Shown: one piece after another, positions 28,605 through 36,969 of the stretch
How positions within the stretch are numbered: the first letter of the stretch is position 1
How the letters are laid out: every line of letters begins with the position of its first letter
The notes under the pieces: generated by a model
What the model saw: the letters and a program-made list of their open reading frames with translations, nothing else
What the model was told of the DNA's origin: nothing
The model's database searches: none
DNA from: an uncultured Actinomycetota bacterium
Lineage (GTDB): Bacteria; Actinomycetota; Thermoleophilia; RBG-16-64-13
Direction of reading: 5' to 3'
NCBI GenBank assembly: GCA_963843455.1
Contig: CAWJKE010000007.1
Coordinates: 102,501 to 166,500, forward strand
DNA length: 64,000 nucleotides
Made by a program: the position numbers and the translations under genes

Positions 28605-29933
28605 TTGAAACATAAATCCATTCTGCTCGTCTGCCTTGCTCTCGTTCTGGTCCTGGCCGCGGCTATGTTCGCTGTCGCCTGCGGTTCGAGCGGGGCGACC
28701 ACCACTACGGCCGCCGCTCCGGCGACGACCGGCAGCACGGCCGCTCCGGGGACCGACACCACGGCCGCTCCGGCCTCGAGCACCACCGTCGCCAACGCGG
28801 CGCCCATCAAGATCGGGACCTCGCTGCCGCTGACCGGCGGCAAGAGCGTCCCGGGCTCGGCTGCCAGACAGGGCTACGAAGTCTGGCAAGACATGATCAA
28901 TAAGGCCGGCGGGCTTCTAGGCCGTCAGGTCGAACTGGTGATAAAGGATGACGCCAGCGACCAGAACACCATCGTGGCCGACTACAACGCCCTGATCGCT
29001 CAGGACAAGGTGGACCTGCTGCTGGGGACGTTCTCCTCGCTGCTGGTGCTGCCTTCTTCGGCCGTGGCCGAGAAGAACAACATGGTCTACGTGACTCCGA
29101 CTGGGGCCGCTCCGGAGATCTACGAGCGCGGCTTTACCAAGACGTTCATGTCGCAGCAGGCCCTGGCTCCCGATGCCGGCAAGGTATGGGCGAACTACAT
29201 CGTCGGCCTGCCCGAAGACCAGCGCCCCAAGACCGCCGCCTACCCGACCATGGACGACCCCTTCACGGCGCCCGTGATCCAGGGGATCAAGAAGACCTTC
29301 GAGGCTGCCGGGATTCGGACGGTCTACGACATCATCTACCCTGAAGGCACCACCGACTTCGACTCCATTGTGAACGCCATCAAAAGCGCCAATCCCGACG
29401 CGGTCGTGCACGGCGCCATCTTCGAAGACGGCGTCGCCCTGGTGCGCGGCATGCTGAAGGCCGGCTTCCAGCCGAAATGGCTGTTCCAGACCACGGCTCC
29501 GAGCACGGGCGACCAGTATGCTCAGGCTATCGGTCCCGAAAACACCGAGGGCATCTTCTACCACATGAGCCATAGTCCCAAGGCCGGTACCCCGGGCAAC
29601 GCCGAGTTCGTCAAGCGCTACTACGAGATGTTCCCCGACGCCAAAGACCTGCCTGAAGACGTCGCCGACGCGTACGCCGCCGGCGAGGTCCTCGCCGCCG
29701 CCGTCACCGCCGTGGGCAGTCTCGACCAAGACGCCATAGCGAACTGGCTGCATGCCAACAAGGTCGAGACGATCCTTGGCCCCCTGTCCTGGGATGCCCA
29801 GGGCCGTCCGCAGGGCGAATTCATGATCGCCCAGTGGCAGAAGGGCACCAGCGAGATCGTCCTGCCGGAATTGGCTGCGACCGCCCCGGTAATCATGGGC
29901 TGGAAGCCGGGCACTGCGGTACCGGCTCAGTAA
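28605..29933 (+). CDS. branched-chain/hydrophobic amino acid ABC transporter substrate-binding lipoprotein (LivJ/LivK family)
   Basis: Lipobox AVACGSS, Thr/Ala linker, type-I periplasmic binding fold motifs (IKIGTSLPLTGG..., DKVDLLLGTFSS). Confidence 0.85.
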   Translation: MKHKSILLVCLALVLVLAAAMFAVACGSSGATTTTAAAPATTGSTAAPGTDTTAAPASSTTVANAAPIKIGTSLPLTGGKSVPGSAARQGYEVWQDMINKAGGLLGRQVELVIKDDASDQNTIVADYNALIAQDKVDLLLGTFSSLLVLPSSAVAEKNNMVYVTPTGAAPEIYERGFTKTFMSQQALAPDAGKVWANYIVGLPEDQRPKTAAYPTMDDPFTAPVIQGIKKTFEAAGIRTVYDIIYPEGTTDFDSIVNAIKSANPDAVVHGAIFEDGVALVRGMLKAGFQPKWLFQTTAPSTGDQYAQAIGPENTEGIFYHMSHSPKAGTPGNAEFVKRYYEMFPDAKDLPEDVADAYAAGEVLAAAVTAVGSLDQDAIANWLHANKVETILGPLSWDAQGRPQGEFMIAQWQKGTSEIVLPELAATAPVIMGWKPGTAVPAQ

Positions 29934-29979
29934 TCCGACTTCGACGACCGTAGCGATCAGAGGGTAGGGGCAGGCTGCA

Positions 29980-30861
29980 TTGACCATGTTCGTGCAGACG
30001 CTCATCCTGGGCATCCTGGTGGGTGGGGTATACGCCCTCCTGGCCTCGGGGTTGACGGTGATCTTCGGGGTGATGCGCATAATCAACATCGCCCAGGGCG
30101 CCTTCATCATCATGGGCGGTTTCATCACCTACACGGCGTGGAAGAGGCTTGGCCTCGACCCTCTGATCGTGGTCGTCATCAGCATGGTCGCGATGTACGC
30201 GATCGGCTGGGGTATCTACTTCGTGGCCGTGCGCCCGGTCCGCCGGGCGCCGGTCACGACCTCCGTTCTCCTCACCTTCGGGCTTGCCTTCTTCCTAGAG
30301 GGCGTTATGGGCTTCATCTGGGGCAACAACTCGGTGACGGTGAGGCCGAGTTACGTCGACACCTCGCTCAACCTGGGAAAGTTCTACCTGCCCCAGAACC
30401 TTCTCTACGGCTTCATCCTCGCGGTAGTCATCATGGCCGCGCTTCAACTCATCTTCACGCGGACCTGGCTGGGCCGGTCCATCCGGGCGGCCGCCTCCAG
30501 TGAGGACGCTGCCCGCCTGGTAGGCGTGAAGATATCGGCGGTAGCGGCGGTCACCTTTGCGCTCGGCGCCGCCAGCGCGGGCGCGGGCGGCGCCATCGTC
30601 AGTCTCATGGGTCCGTTCGTGCCCGGCTCGCAGATCCTCTGGATCACCCGGCTGCTCAGCATCGTCGTGCTCGGCGGCCTGGGCAGCGTTCCCGGCGCGG
30701 TCATCGCTGCGCTCATCCTCGGCGTCGGCGAGGCCCTCATGTCCACGTACGTCTCGCCGCTGTGGTCGCCGGCGCTGTCCATCTTCCTGATCTTCTTCAT
30801 CCTCGCAGTCCGGCCTCAGGGCATTCTGGGCACCAGGCTAAGAGAAGACGTGGCCCAGTGA
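29980..30861 (+). CDS. livH: branched-chain amino acid ABC transporter permease
   Basis: LivH-type 8-TM permease; N-terminus LILGILVGGVYALLASGLTVIFGVMRIINIAQGAF. Confidence 0.85.
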   Translation: MTMFVQTLILGILVGGVYALLASGLTVIFGVMRIINIAQGAFIIMGGFITYTAWKRLGLDPLIVVVISMVAMYAIGWGIYFVAVRPVRRAPVTTSVLLTFGLAFFLEGVMGFIWGNNSVTVRPSYVDTSLNLGKFYLPQNLLYGFILAVVIMAALQLIFTRTWLGRSIRAAASSEDAARLVGVKISAVAAVTFALGAASAGAGGAIVSLMGPFVPGSQILWITRLLSIVVLGGLGSVPGAVIAALILGVGEALMSTYVSPLWSPALSIFLIFFILAVRPQGILGTRLREDVAQ

Positions 30862-32708
30862 GCGCCGGCACGCCCGGCCCCGCCGCGACCGGCCCCGGCG
30901 CGACCACCGCCCGCGGGCTCTCCCGCCGGGCCCTGCTACTCCCGGTAGGCGTCGTCGCCGTACTCATCGCCATCTTCCCGGTGCTCACCGGCAATCAGTA
31001 CTACCAGAACATGGTGATCATCTCGCTGGTGATCGCCGTGGGAGCCGTGGGACTGAACATCATCACCGGCTTCGCCGGCTATCCGTCGCTCGCCCAGGGC
31101 GCCTTCCTGGGGGTGGGCGCCTACACCGCGGCTATCGGCTCGGTGAAGGTGGGTGGCTCGCCCTTCTACTGGATGGTGCTGGCGGGCATCGTCGCCGGCT
31201 TCCTGGCCTTCCTTCTGGGCCTGCTCTCGCTGCGGACGCGCGGGTTCTCGTTCGCCATCATCACCGTGTCGTTTCTTTTGTTGACCAGGATCATCGTCCA
31301 GAACTGGCGGGGGCTGACCAACGGATCCAATGGGCTGACCCTCCCGCTCCCCTACTGGGACAGGGCCTACATGAACTGGCCCTTCCACTTCGCCCTGGTG
31401 GCGCTCCTGATCCTCTCCATGCTCCTAGCCTGGCGGATACGGCGCACCAAGTTCGGCGTGGGGCTCATCGCCATGCGCGAGGACGAAGACAAGGCCGGCG
31501 CCGTGGGCATCAACGCCCCCACGTACAAGCTGGTGGGCTTCGTGTGCAGCGCGGTGTTCGTCGGCATGGCCGGAGCGGTCTACGGCTATTACCTGACCTT
31601 CGTCGATCCCATCGGCATGCTCGGCCTCCTGTTCAGCGTGCAGATCATCCTGGCCGTGCTCCTGGGGGGGAAGGGCACCATCTGGGGTCCCGTGCTGGGC
31701 GCGTTCATCATCGAGCCGCTCAACGAAGTCGCGAACAACCAGTTGGGCGGGGGGAACATCCGGCTGGTGATCTTTGGAGGGGGGTTGGTGCTTGTGGTGC
31801 TTTTGCTGCCCCAAGGCATAATCCCAACGCTCAAGAAGAAGATCACCCTCTATCAAGAGCGCAAGCGTCCGGGCCTGACCGGCGCGCGTATCGAGCTATG
31901 CGAGCGGCCCGTCCCGGCCGTCCGGCCCGAGCCCTCGCCGGTCAACATCCTCGAAGTGCGGGGTCTCAACAAACGGTTCGGCGGGTTGCAGGCGGTGAAC
32001 TGCTGCTCCTTCGGCGTGCCCGAGGGATCCATCACCGGGCTCATCGGTCCCAACGGCTCGGGCAAGACCACGGTCTTCAACATCATCACCGGGATGATGA
32101 AGGCCGACTCCGGCGAGGTGTACCTGGATGGCAAGCGCATCGACGGTCTGTCGCCCTGGAACCGAGCTCATCTGGGCCTGGGGCGAACCTTCCAGATCAC
32201 GAGGCTCTTTGGGGAGATGACGGTGCTCGAGAACCTGGTGGCGCCCCTTCGCGATTTTTCCGCGGGGCAGCTCAATCGCAGGGCCATGACCGGCGAAGAG
32301 GCCGCCAAGGCGGAAGAGTTGCTGGCGCTGGTGGGTATGACCGCCTATCGCGATCGGCCCTGCTCGGCCCTCAGCTACGGCCAGCGCAAGCTGGTGGAAC
32401 TGGCCCAGGTGCTGGCACTGGAGCCCCGGGTCATCCTCCTGGACGAACCGGCGGGCGGGATCAACCCCACTCTCATCGAGCGTTTGGGAGAGCTTATCGT
32501 GGAGCTCAACGGTGCCGGCAAGACCTTCCTCATCGTCGAGCACAACATGCCGTTCGTCATGAACCTCTGCGATCCCATCCGCGTGCTTGCGCGGGGAGCG
32601 ACCATCTGTGAGGGCTCTCCCGAGTACGTGCAGCAGGACCAGTGCGTCCTGGAGGCATACCTGGGCGGCGACTACGCCGCCGAGCGGAAAGGTGACGCTG
32701 TTGCTTGA
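30858..32708 (+). CDS. fused branched-chain amino acid ABC permease (LivM-like) and ATP-binding (LivG-like) protein
   Basis: N-terminal LivM-type permease (...NIITGFAGYPSLAQGAFLGVGAY...) continues without stop into an ABC ATPase (GPNGSGKTT, LSYGQRKLVELAQ, LLDEPAGG). GTG at 30858 overlaps livH stop. Confidence 0.85.
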   Translation: MSAGTPGPAATGPGATTARGLSRRALLLPVGVVAVLIAIFPVLTGNQYYQNMVIISLVIAVGAVGLNIITGFAGYPSLAQGAFLGVGAYTAAIGSVKVGGSPFYWMVLAGIVAGFLAFLLGLLSLRTRGFSFAIITVSFLLLTRIIVQNWRGLTNGSNGLTLPLPYWDRAYMNWPFHFALVALLILSMLLAWRIRRTKFGVGLIAMREDEDKAGAVGINAPTYKLVGFVCSAVFVGMAGAVYGYYLTFVDPIGMLGLLFSVQIILAVLLGGKGTIWGPVLGAFIIEPLNEVANNQLGGGNIRLVIFGGGLVLVVLLLPQGIIPTLKKKITLYQERKRPGLTGARIELCERPVPAVRPEPSPVNILEVRGLNKRFGGLQAVNCCSFGVPEGSITGLIGPNGSGKTTVFNIITGMMKADSGEVYLDGKRIDGLSPWNRAHLGLGRTFQITRLFGEMTVLENLVAPLRDFSAGQLNRRAMTGEEAAKAEELLALVGMTAYRDRPCSALSYGQRKLVELAQVLALEPRVILLDEPAGGINPTLIERLGELIVELNGAGKTFLIVEHNMPFVMNLCDPIRVLARGATICEGSPEYVQQDQCVLEAYLGGDYAAERKGDAVA

Positions 32709-33456
32709 GCTCGTGGATCTCACGGCCGGCTACGGCGGGGGCGCCGTGCTGCGCGGGGTCAACCTCAAGGTCGAACGAGGAACGATCGCCTGCATCGTGG
32801 GCCCCAACGGGGCCGGCAAATCGACGGTGTTCCGCGCAGTCAGCGGGCTGCTGGAGATCATGGGCGGTTCCATCCTGGTTGACGGAGAGCGAATCGACCA
32901 CCTGACGTCGGCCGAGATCACCAAGGCGGGCATCGCACAGGTCCCGCAGTCAAACGGGCTCTTCCCGACCCTCACCGTCAAAGAGAACGTCCTCATGGGC
33001 GCCTACCTCATCAGGCGTCAGCGGGCGTTGGTGAAGGAGCGCTACGAGCAGGTGGCCGCGCTGTACCCGGTGGTGCGCGAGCGCGCTCGCGACAAAGCCG
33101 GCAACTTGTCCGGCGGCCAGCGGCGCATGGTGGAGTTCGCCCGGGCGCTGATGCTCGATCCCAAGCTGGTGTTGCTCGACGAGCCGTCGGTTGGTCTCGA
33201 CCCGATCATCCTCGCCCAAGTCAAAGAGGCCATCCTGACCATGAACCAAACGGGCAAGACCGTGATACTCGTGGAGCAGAATGTCCGCTTCGGCTTCAGT
33301 GTCTCGACGGAGGGCATCGTGATGGAGAGCGGGCGGGTACTGATGCAGGCGCCGGCCAAGGAGCTGCTCGAGAACCCCGAGATGGGCCAACTGTTCTTTG
33401 GGGGCGTGGTGAAGACCCCGGCCGCCGACGACGAGGAGTTGACCGATGTGTGCTGA
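32692..33456 (+). CDS. livF: branched-chain amino acid ABC transporter ATP-binding protein
   Basis: GPNGAGKST Walker A, LSGGQRRMVEFARAL signature, LLDEPSVGLD Walker B; GTG start overlapping upstream stop. Confidence 0.85.
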   Translation: MTLLLELVDLTAGYGGGAVLRGVNLKVERGTIACIVGPNGAGKSTVFRAVSGLLEIMGGSILVDGERIDHLTSAEITKAGIAQVPQSNGLFPTLTVKENVLMGAYLIRRQRALVKERYEQVAALYPVVRERARDKAGNLSGGQRRMVEFARALMLDPKLVLLDEPSVGLDPIILAQVKEAILTMNQTGKTVILVEQNVRFGFSVSTEGIVMESGRVLMQAPAKELLENPEMGQLFFGGVVKTPAADDEELTDVC

Positions 33457-33548
33457 CGAGGAGCGACCCGCACAGTATTCTTAGAAGCCGGCCGGTGCGG
33501 TGGCCACCGGCGGCGTGAGTCCCCTGACAACGAAGAGCAAGGCGGTGG

Positions 33549-34367
33549 ATGAGCATGTTCTATCCCGTGGAAATCGACATGGTGGATCCCTCCAAGATGA
33601 AGCAGGCGGTCGTGGTATTGAACCCGGCCGAGTCCAAGCGGCTGCTGGCCCAGACGGTCGCCGGCCTGCCGGAGATCCAGGACGCGTTCAGGAACGGCAG
33701 ACTCTCGGTGTCGACCTGCTCTACCAGCGCCTTCGTCCTAGAGGAGTTGACCGGCGAGAAACTGGCTCCGCACTGCTACTGCATCGGGATGGTGGCCGAC
33801 GGCATGCTCACCACCAGCGTCAAAGACGACCGGGAGGCGGCCCGCTTCTTTGTCAAAGGCGAGCGCGTGACCATGGACGCCCTGCCTTTCCTGGATCAGT
33901 TCCAGAAGGGTGACGCGGTCATCAAGGGCGCCAACGCCGTGGACCTCGACGGCAACGCCGGCGTGCTGGCCAGCAACCCGCAGGCGGGGACCGTCGGGGC
34001 CCTCCTCAGTTTCATCGCGGTGCGCGGCCTGCCCATCATCATGCCTATCGGTCTGGAAAAGCTCATCCCGTCTGTTCCCGATGCGTGTACCGGTTGGGGC
34101 CAGTTGACGCTGCACAAGAGCATGGGCGAAAAGGTGTGGCTGGTTCCCGTGGTCAGCGGTCTGGTGATCACCGAGATCCAGGCGCTCGCCATGCTCGCGG
34201 GAGTCGAGGCCCGGATGATAGCGAGCGGCGGCATAGGGGGAAGCGAAGGGGCGGTCGTCCTGCTCATCGAGGGGACCGAGAAGAACGTGGACAAGGCCTA
34301 CGAGATCGTCGAGAGCGTGAAGGGCGAGGCCCCCATCGGGGTACCTCGGCACCAGTTCTCCTGTTGA
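33549..34367 (+). CDS. conserved hypothetical protein (272 aa, cytoplasmic, Gly-rich loops)
   Basis: Good coding statistics and GGAG-type RBS. Motifs GANAVDLDGNAGVLASNP / AVRGLPIIMPIGLEKLIP; I cannot assign a family. Confidence 0.5.
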   Translation: MSMFYPVEIDMVDPSKMKQAVVVLNPAESKRLLAQTVAGLPEIQDAFRNGRLSVSTCSTSAFVLEELTGEKLAPHCYCIGMVADGMLTTSVKDDREAARFFVKGERVTMDALPFLDQFQKGDAVIKGANAVDLDGNAGVLASNPQAGTVGALLSFIAVRGLPIIMPIGLEKLIPSVPDACTGWGQLTLHKSMGEKVWLVPVVSGLVITEIQALAMLAGVEARMIASGGIGGSEGAVVLLIEGTEKNVDKAYEIVESVKGEAPIGVPRHQFSC

Positions 34368-34371
34368 GGGG

Positions 34372-35016
34372 GTGAGCGTGGCGCGGGCTGGAAGGAGGAT
34401 CTCGGTCGCCGACAGGCGCGACAGGATAATCGAGGTCACGCTTCGTCTGGTCGCCGACGAGGGGATCGAAGGAGCCACGACCGCGAGGATCGCGGCTGCC
34501 GCCGGAGTGTCCGAAGGGACGCTCTACCGGATGTTCGGCAGCAAGAAAGGCATCCTGCTGGCCGCGGTCGACCGAGTGCACCAGAACTTCCTGCAGTCGA
34601 TGCAAGCGGCCCACAGGGAGAATCCGCTCGAGACTCTCGAGGAACTGGGCCGGCTTCACACGGAGTCGATGGTCTCCACGGGGGTGGACCACTTCATCGC
34701 CCCGCTCTTTGCTTTCATGACTGCCCCGGCCCAGATGGGACTTCGCGAGGCCATGGCGAAGGGGCAGCAGCGCATCATCGACACCTACGCCGAGATGCTC
34801 GAAGCTGGAAAGGCCAAGGGATTTGTCGCCCCTGCCGCCGATGTGCGGCAGGCGGCGTGGATGATCGCGGCAGTGCTCTGGGCCGAAGACCTCACCTCGT
34901 TGGTGGGTATGCCGGGGTTCGTCCTCGAGGGGCGATCTCGCAAGGGCCTTCAGGCCCTTCTTCGCAACCTAGGCCTTCGCAGTGGCTGCCCGGATACGAC
35001 CGAGCCAGGTGCGTGA
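34372..35016 (+). CDS. TetR/AcrR family transcriptional regulator
   Basis: N-terminal HTH RDRIIEVTLRLVADEGIEGATTARIAAAAGVSEGTLYRMFGSK. Confidence 0.8.
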   Translation: MSVARAGRRISVADRRDRIIEVTLRLVADEGIEGATTARIAAAAGVSEGTLYRMFGSKKGILLAAVDRVHQNFLQSMQAAHRENPLETLEELGRLHTESMVSTGVDHFIAPLFAFMTAPAQMGLREAMAKGQQRIIDTYAEMLEAGKAKGFVAPAADVRQAAWMIAAVLWAEDLTSLVGMPGFVLEGRSRKGLQALLRNLGLRSGCPDTTEPGA

Positions 35017-35055
35017 GCCCCCGGCTCTACTGACCGGCCTTGTAGGTGAGCACGG

Positions 35056-35862
35056 TCACACCGAAGTCCAACTGGCCGTGTATTCCAGACCCGCGGGCGG
35101 CGCGTCGAACGCGGGTTGGTCGAGCGCCCAGCCGCCGACCAGGCCGTGTTCGCGTGACGCCAGCTCAAAATGGCACATGGCGATGCCCATATCCACACGC
35201 TGCAGATCGGCAAGCCTGAGTAGCGAGAAGACCGCGCTGCCCTTGCCGTAGCCTTTGGTCCGCTGAAGGCAAAAATGCCAGGTCTCTGCCGCCCGGATCA
35301 GCCGCCAGGGCTGCTTGTTCGAAGCCGAGGGCGCCCAGCGCACCGCCTCGAGCACCTCGGCATATCCGGCGGCGTTGGAGAGAGCGAGGACCTCTCCCGG
35401 TTTCCCGTCCCAAAAGAGCTGCTCGGGGGGGAGCCGGCGCTCGCTACCTGCCCGCTGCCTGACCCGCCCCGCTCTGCTCCCGGGCGCCGCGTATCCTAGG
35501 GCAACGACCGCGGGCACGGTCTCGCTCCGCGTGGCTCCGATCTTTCGGGCGAAAGAGCTCTTGGTGAAGCTGCCGCCGAGCCAACAGGTTCCCAGCCCCA
35601 GGTCGGTGGCGGCCAGGACCGCCTGCTCCAGTCCGTGACCGTAGTCTTCCATGTCCCGCGGACCGGGCTCCACAGCCCCCACGATGAACCCGGCGGCTCC
35701 CTTGATGAAGCCGTACGTTCCTAACCCCTTGAGAGACTTCCGGTCCTTCTCGGTGGCCGCGACGAGCGAGAACCTCACACGGCTGCCGAGGGGGCCGGGG
35801 CCAAGGGAGGCCAGGAACTCCGACAGGGTCTGCCGGTCCGCGGCGTCCAGGGGCCGGTCCAC
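35056..35862 (-). CDS. nitroreductase-like family protein
   Basis: RWAPSASNKQPWRLI and C-terminal GLGTCWLGG motifs of the nitroreductase superfamily. Confidence 0.65.
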   Translation of the reverse strand: MDRPLDAADRQTLSEFLASLGPGPLGSRVRFSLVAATEKDRKSLKGLGTYGFIKGAAGFIVGAVEPGPRDMEDYGHGLEQAVLAATDLGLGTCWLGGSFTKSSFARKIGATRSETVPAVVALGYAAPGSRAGRVRQRAGSERRLPPEQLFWDGKPGEVLALSNAAGYAEVLEAVRWAPSASNKQPWRLIRAAETWHFCLQRTKGYGKGSAVFSLLRLADLQRVDMGIAMCHFELASREHGLVGGWALDQPAFDAPPAGLEYTASWTSV

Positions 35863-35929
35863 GTAGGTGCGGCAGGAATACCTCCGCTTGACCAGATCGT
35901 CGATGGAGCTTCGCAGGATATCCCCCCGC

Positions 35930-36415
35930 TCAGTCCAGCGACCGGAACGCCGCGGTCAGCTTGTCGAACGTCTGCTCGAGCGACTCGGGGATGACCCGCA
36001 CATCGCCGATGACCGGCATGAAGTTGGTGTCGCCCACCCAGCGGGGCACCAGGTGCATATGCAGATGGTCCTTGATTCCGGCGCCGGCTGCGGCGCCAAG
36101 GTTGAAGCCCGCGTTGAGGCCATCCGGGTTGAAGCTACTCTTGAGCGCCCGAGTGGCCAACTGAGCGAGGTCCATCATCTCGTGGAGCGTCTCGGGTGGC
36201 AACGCCTCCAGATCCGCGATATGGGCGTAGGGCGCCACCATGATGTGGCCGTTGTTGTAGGGGAAGGCGTTGAGCATGACGTAGGCGAGGGTCCCCCGGT
36301 GGACGATGTACGCGGCCCGATCGTCTCCGGCGAGGGGCTTGTGGCAGAAGATGCAGCCCTCTTCCTTCTCTTTTGTCACGTATTGCAGCCGCCACGGTGC
36401 CCACAGCCGTTCCAT
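35930..36415 (-). CDS. HIT family protein (histidine triad nucleotide hydrolase/transferase)
   Basis: CIFC Zn-like motif and HLHMHLVPRW histidine triad. Confidence 0.85.
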   Translation of the reverse strand: MERLWAPWRLQYVTKEKEEGCIFCHKPLAGDDRAAYIVHRGTLAYVMLNAFPYNNGHIMVAPYAHIADLEALPPETLHEMMDLAQLATRALKSSFNPDGLNAGFNLGAAAGAGIKDHLHMHLVPRWVGDTNFMPVIGDVRVIPESLEQTFDKLTAAFRSLD

Positions 36416-36969
36416 GCACTCTCCTCTTCAGCAGCCTGTTAGACCGTGCCCGGATTGTACCGCCCTGGAGGCGCATTATGGGCGCAGGGCGCGTGGTAGA
36501 GACCGTACGGTCGGCTGGCCCGCTTGGACGCGCGCCACCCCTCTTGCCTATACCTCCAGCGACTGCGTGAGCGAGATGGCCTACATCGCTACGACGGACC
36601 TGGAAAGCCTCGCCCCCTACCGCGCGCTGCTTGGTCGCGCGAGGTCTGTTCAAATCCAGTAGCGCCCACTTATCATGAACCAGAGCCCCATCCTGGTCGG
36701 TTTGCATGGTACGCACTGGACAAGGCAGGCAATGTCTGGTGCCTGGGCGGAGCCACTGCTACCCCGCCGCGTCAGCCAGAGCCACCGCACCGGTTCGACG
36801 ACGGTCATCTCTCCGGACCCCCTCGCGGGGGCCTTTCCTTTGCGCCCCGGAGTTCATATTATGGTTAGACAGTAGCCTTCACCCGGTCTGCGCTGATGAC
36901 TGACCTGAGGGAAAGGCGCCAAAGCAGTCCGGCTGGTGCGTCGGACGGCAGGATCAGAGAAGAGATGAT

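Noticed and set aside
36560-36690. tRNA-like T-loop sequence GTTCAAATCC followed by GCGCCCA
   Set aside because: Could not fold a consistent T-stem, anticodon arm or 5' acceptor strand around it; no cloverleaf. Treated as chance similarity inside a long intergenic region.
36135-36716. 193-aa minus-strand ORF overlapping the HIT gene and intergenic region
   Set aside because: Overlaps a well-supported HIT CDS out of frame; Arg/Gly-rich junk translation.
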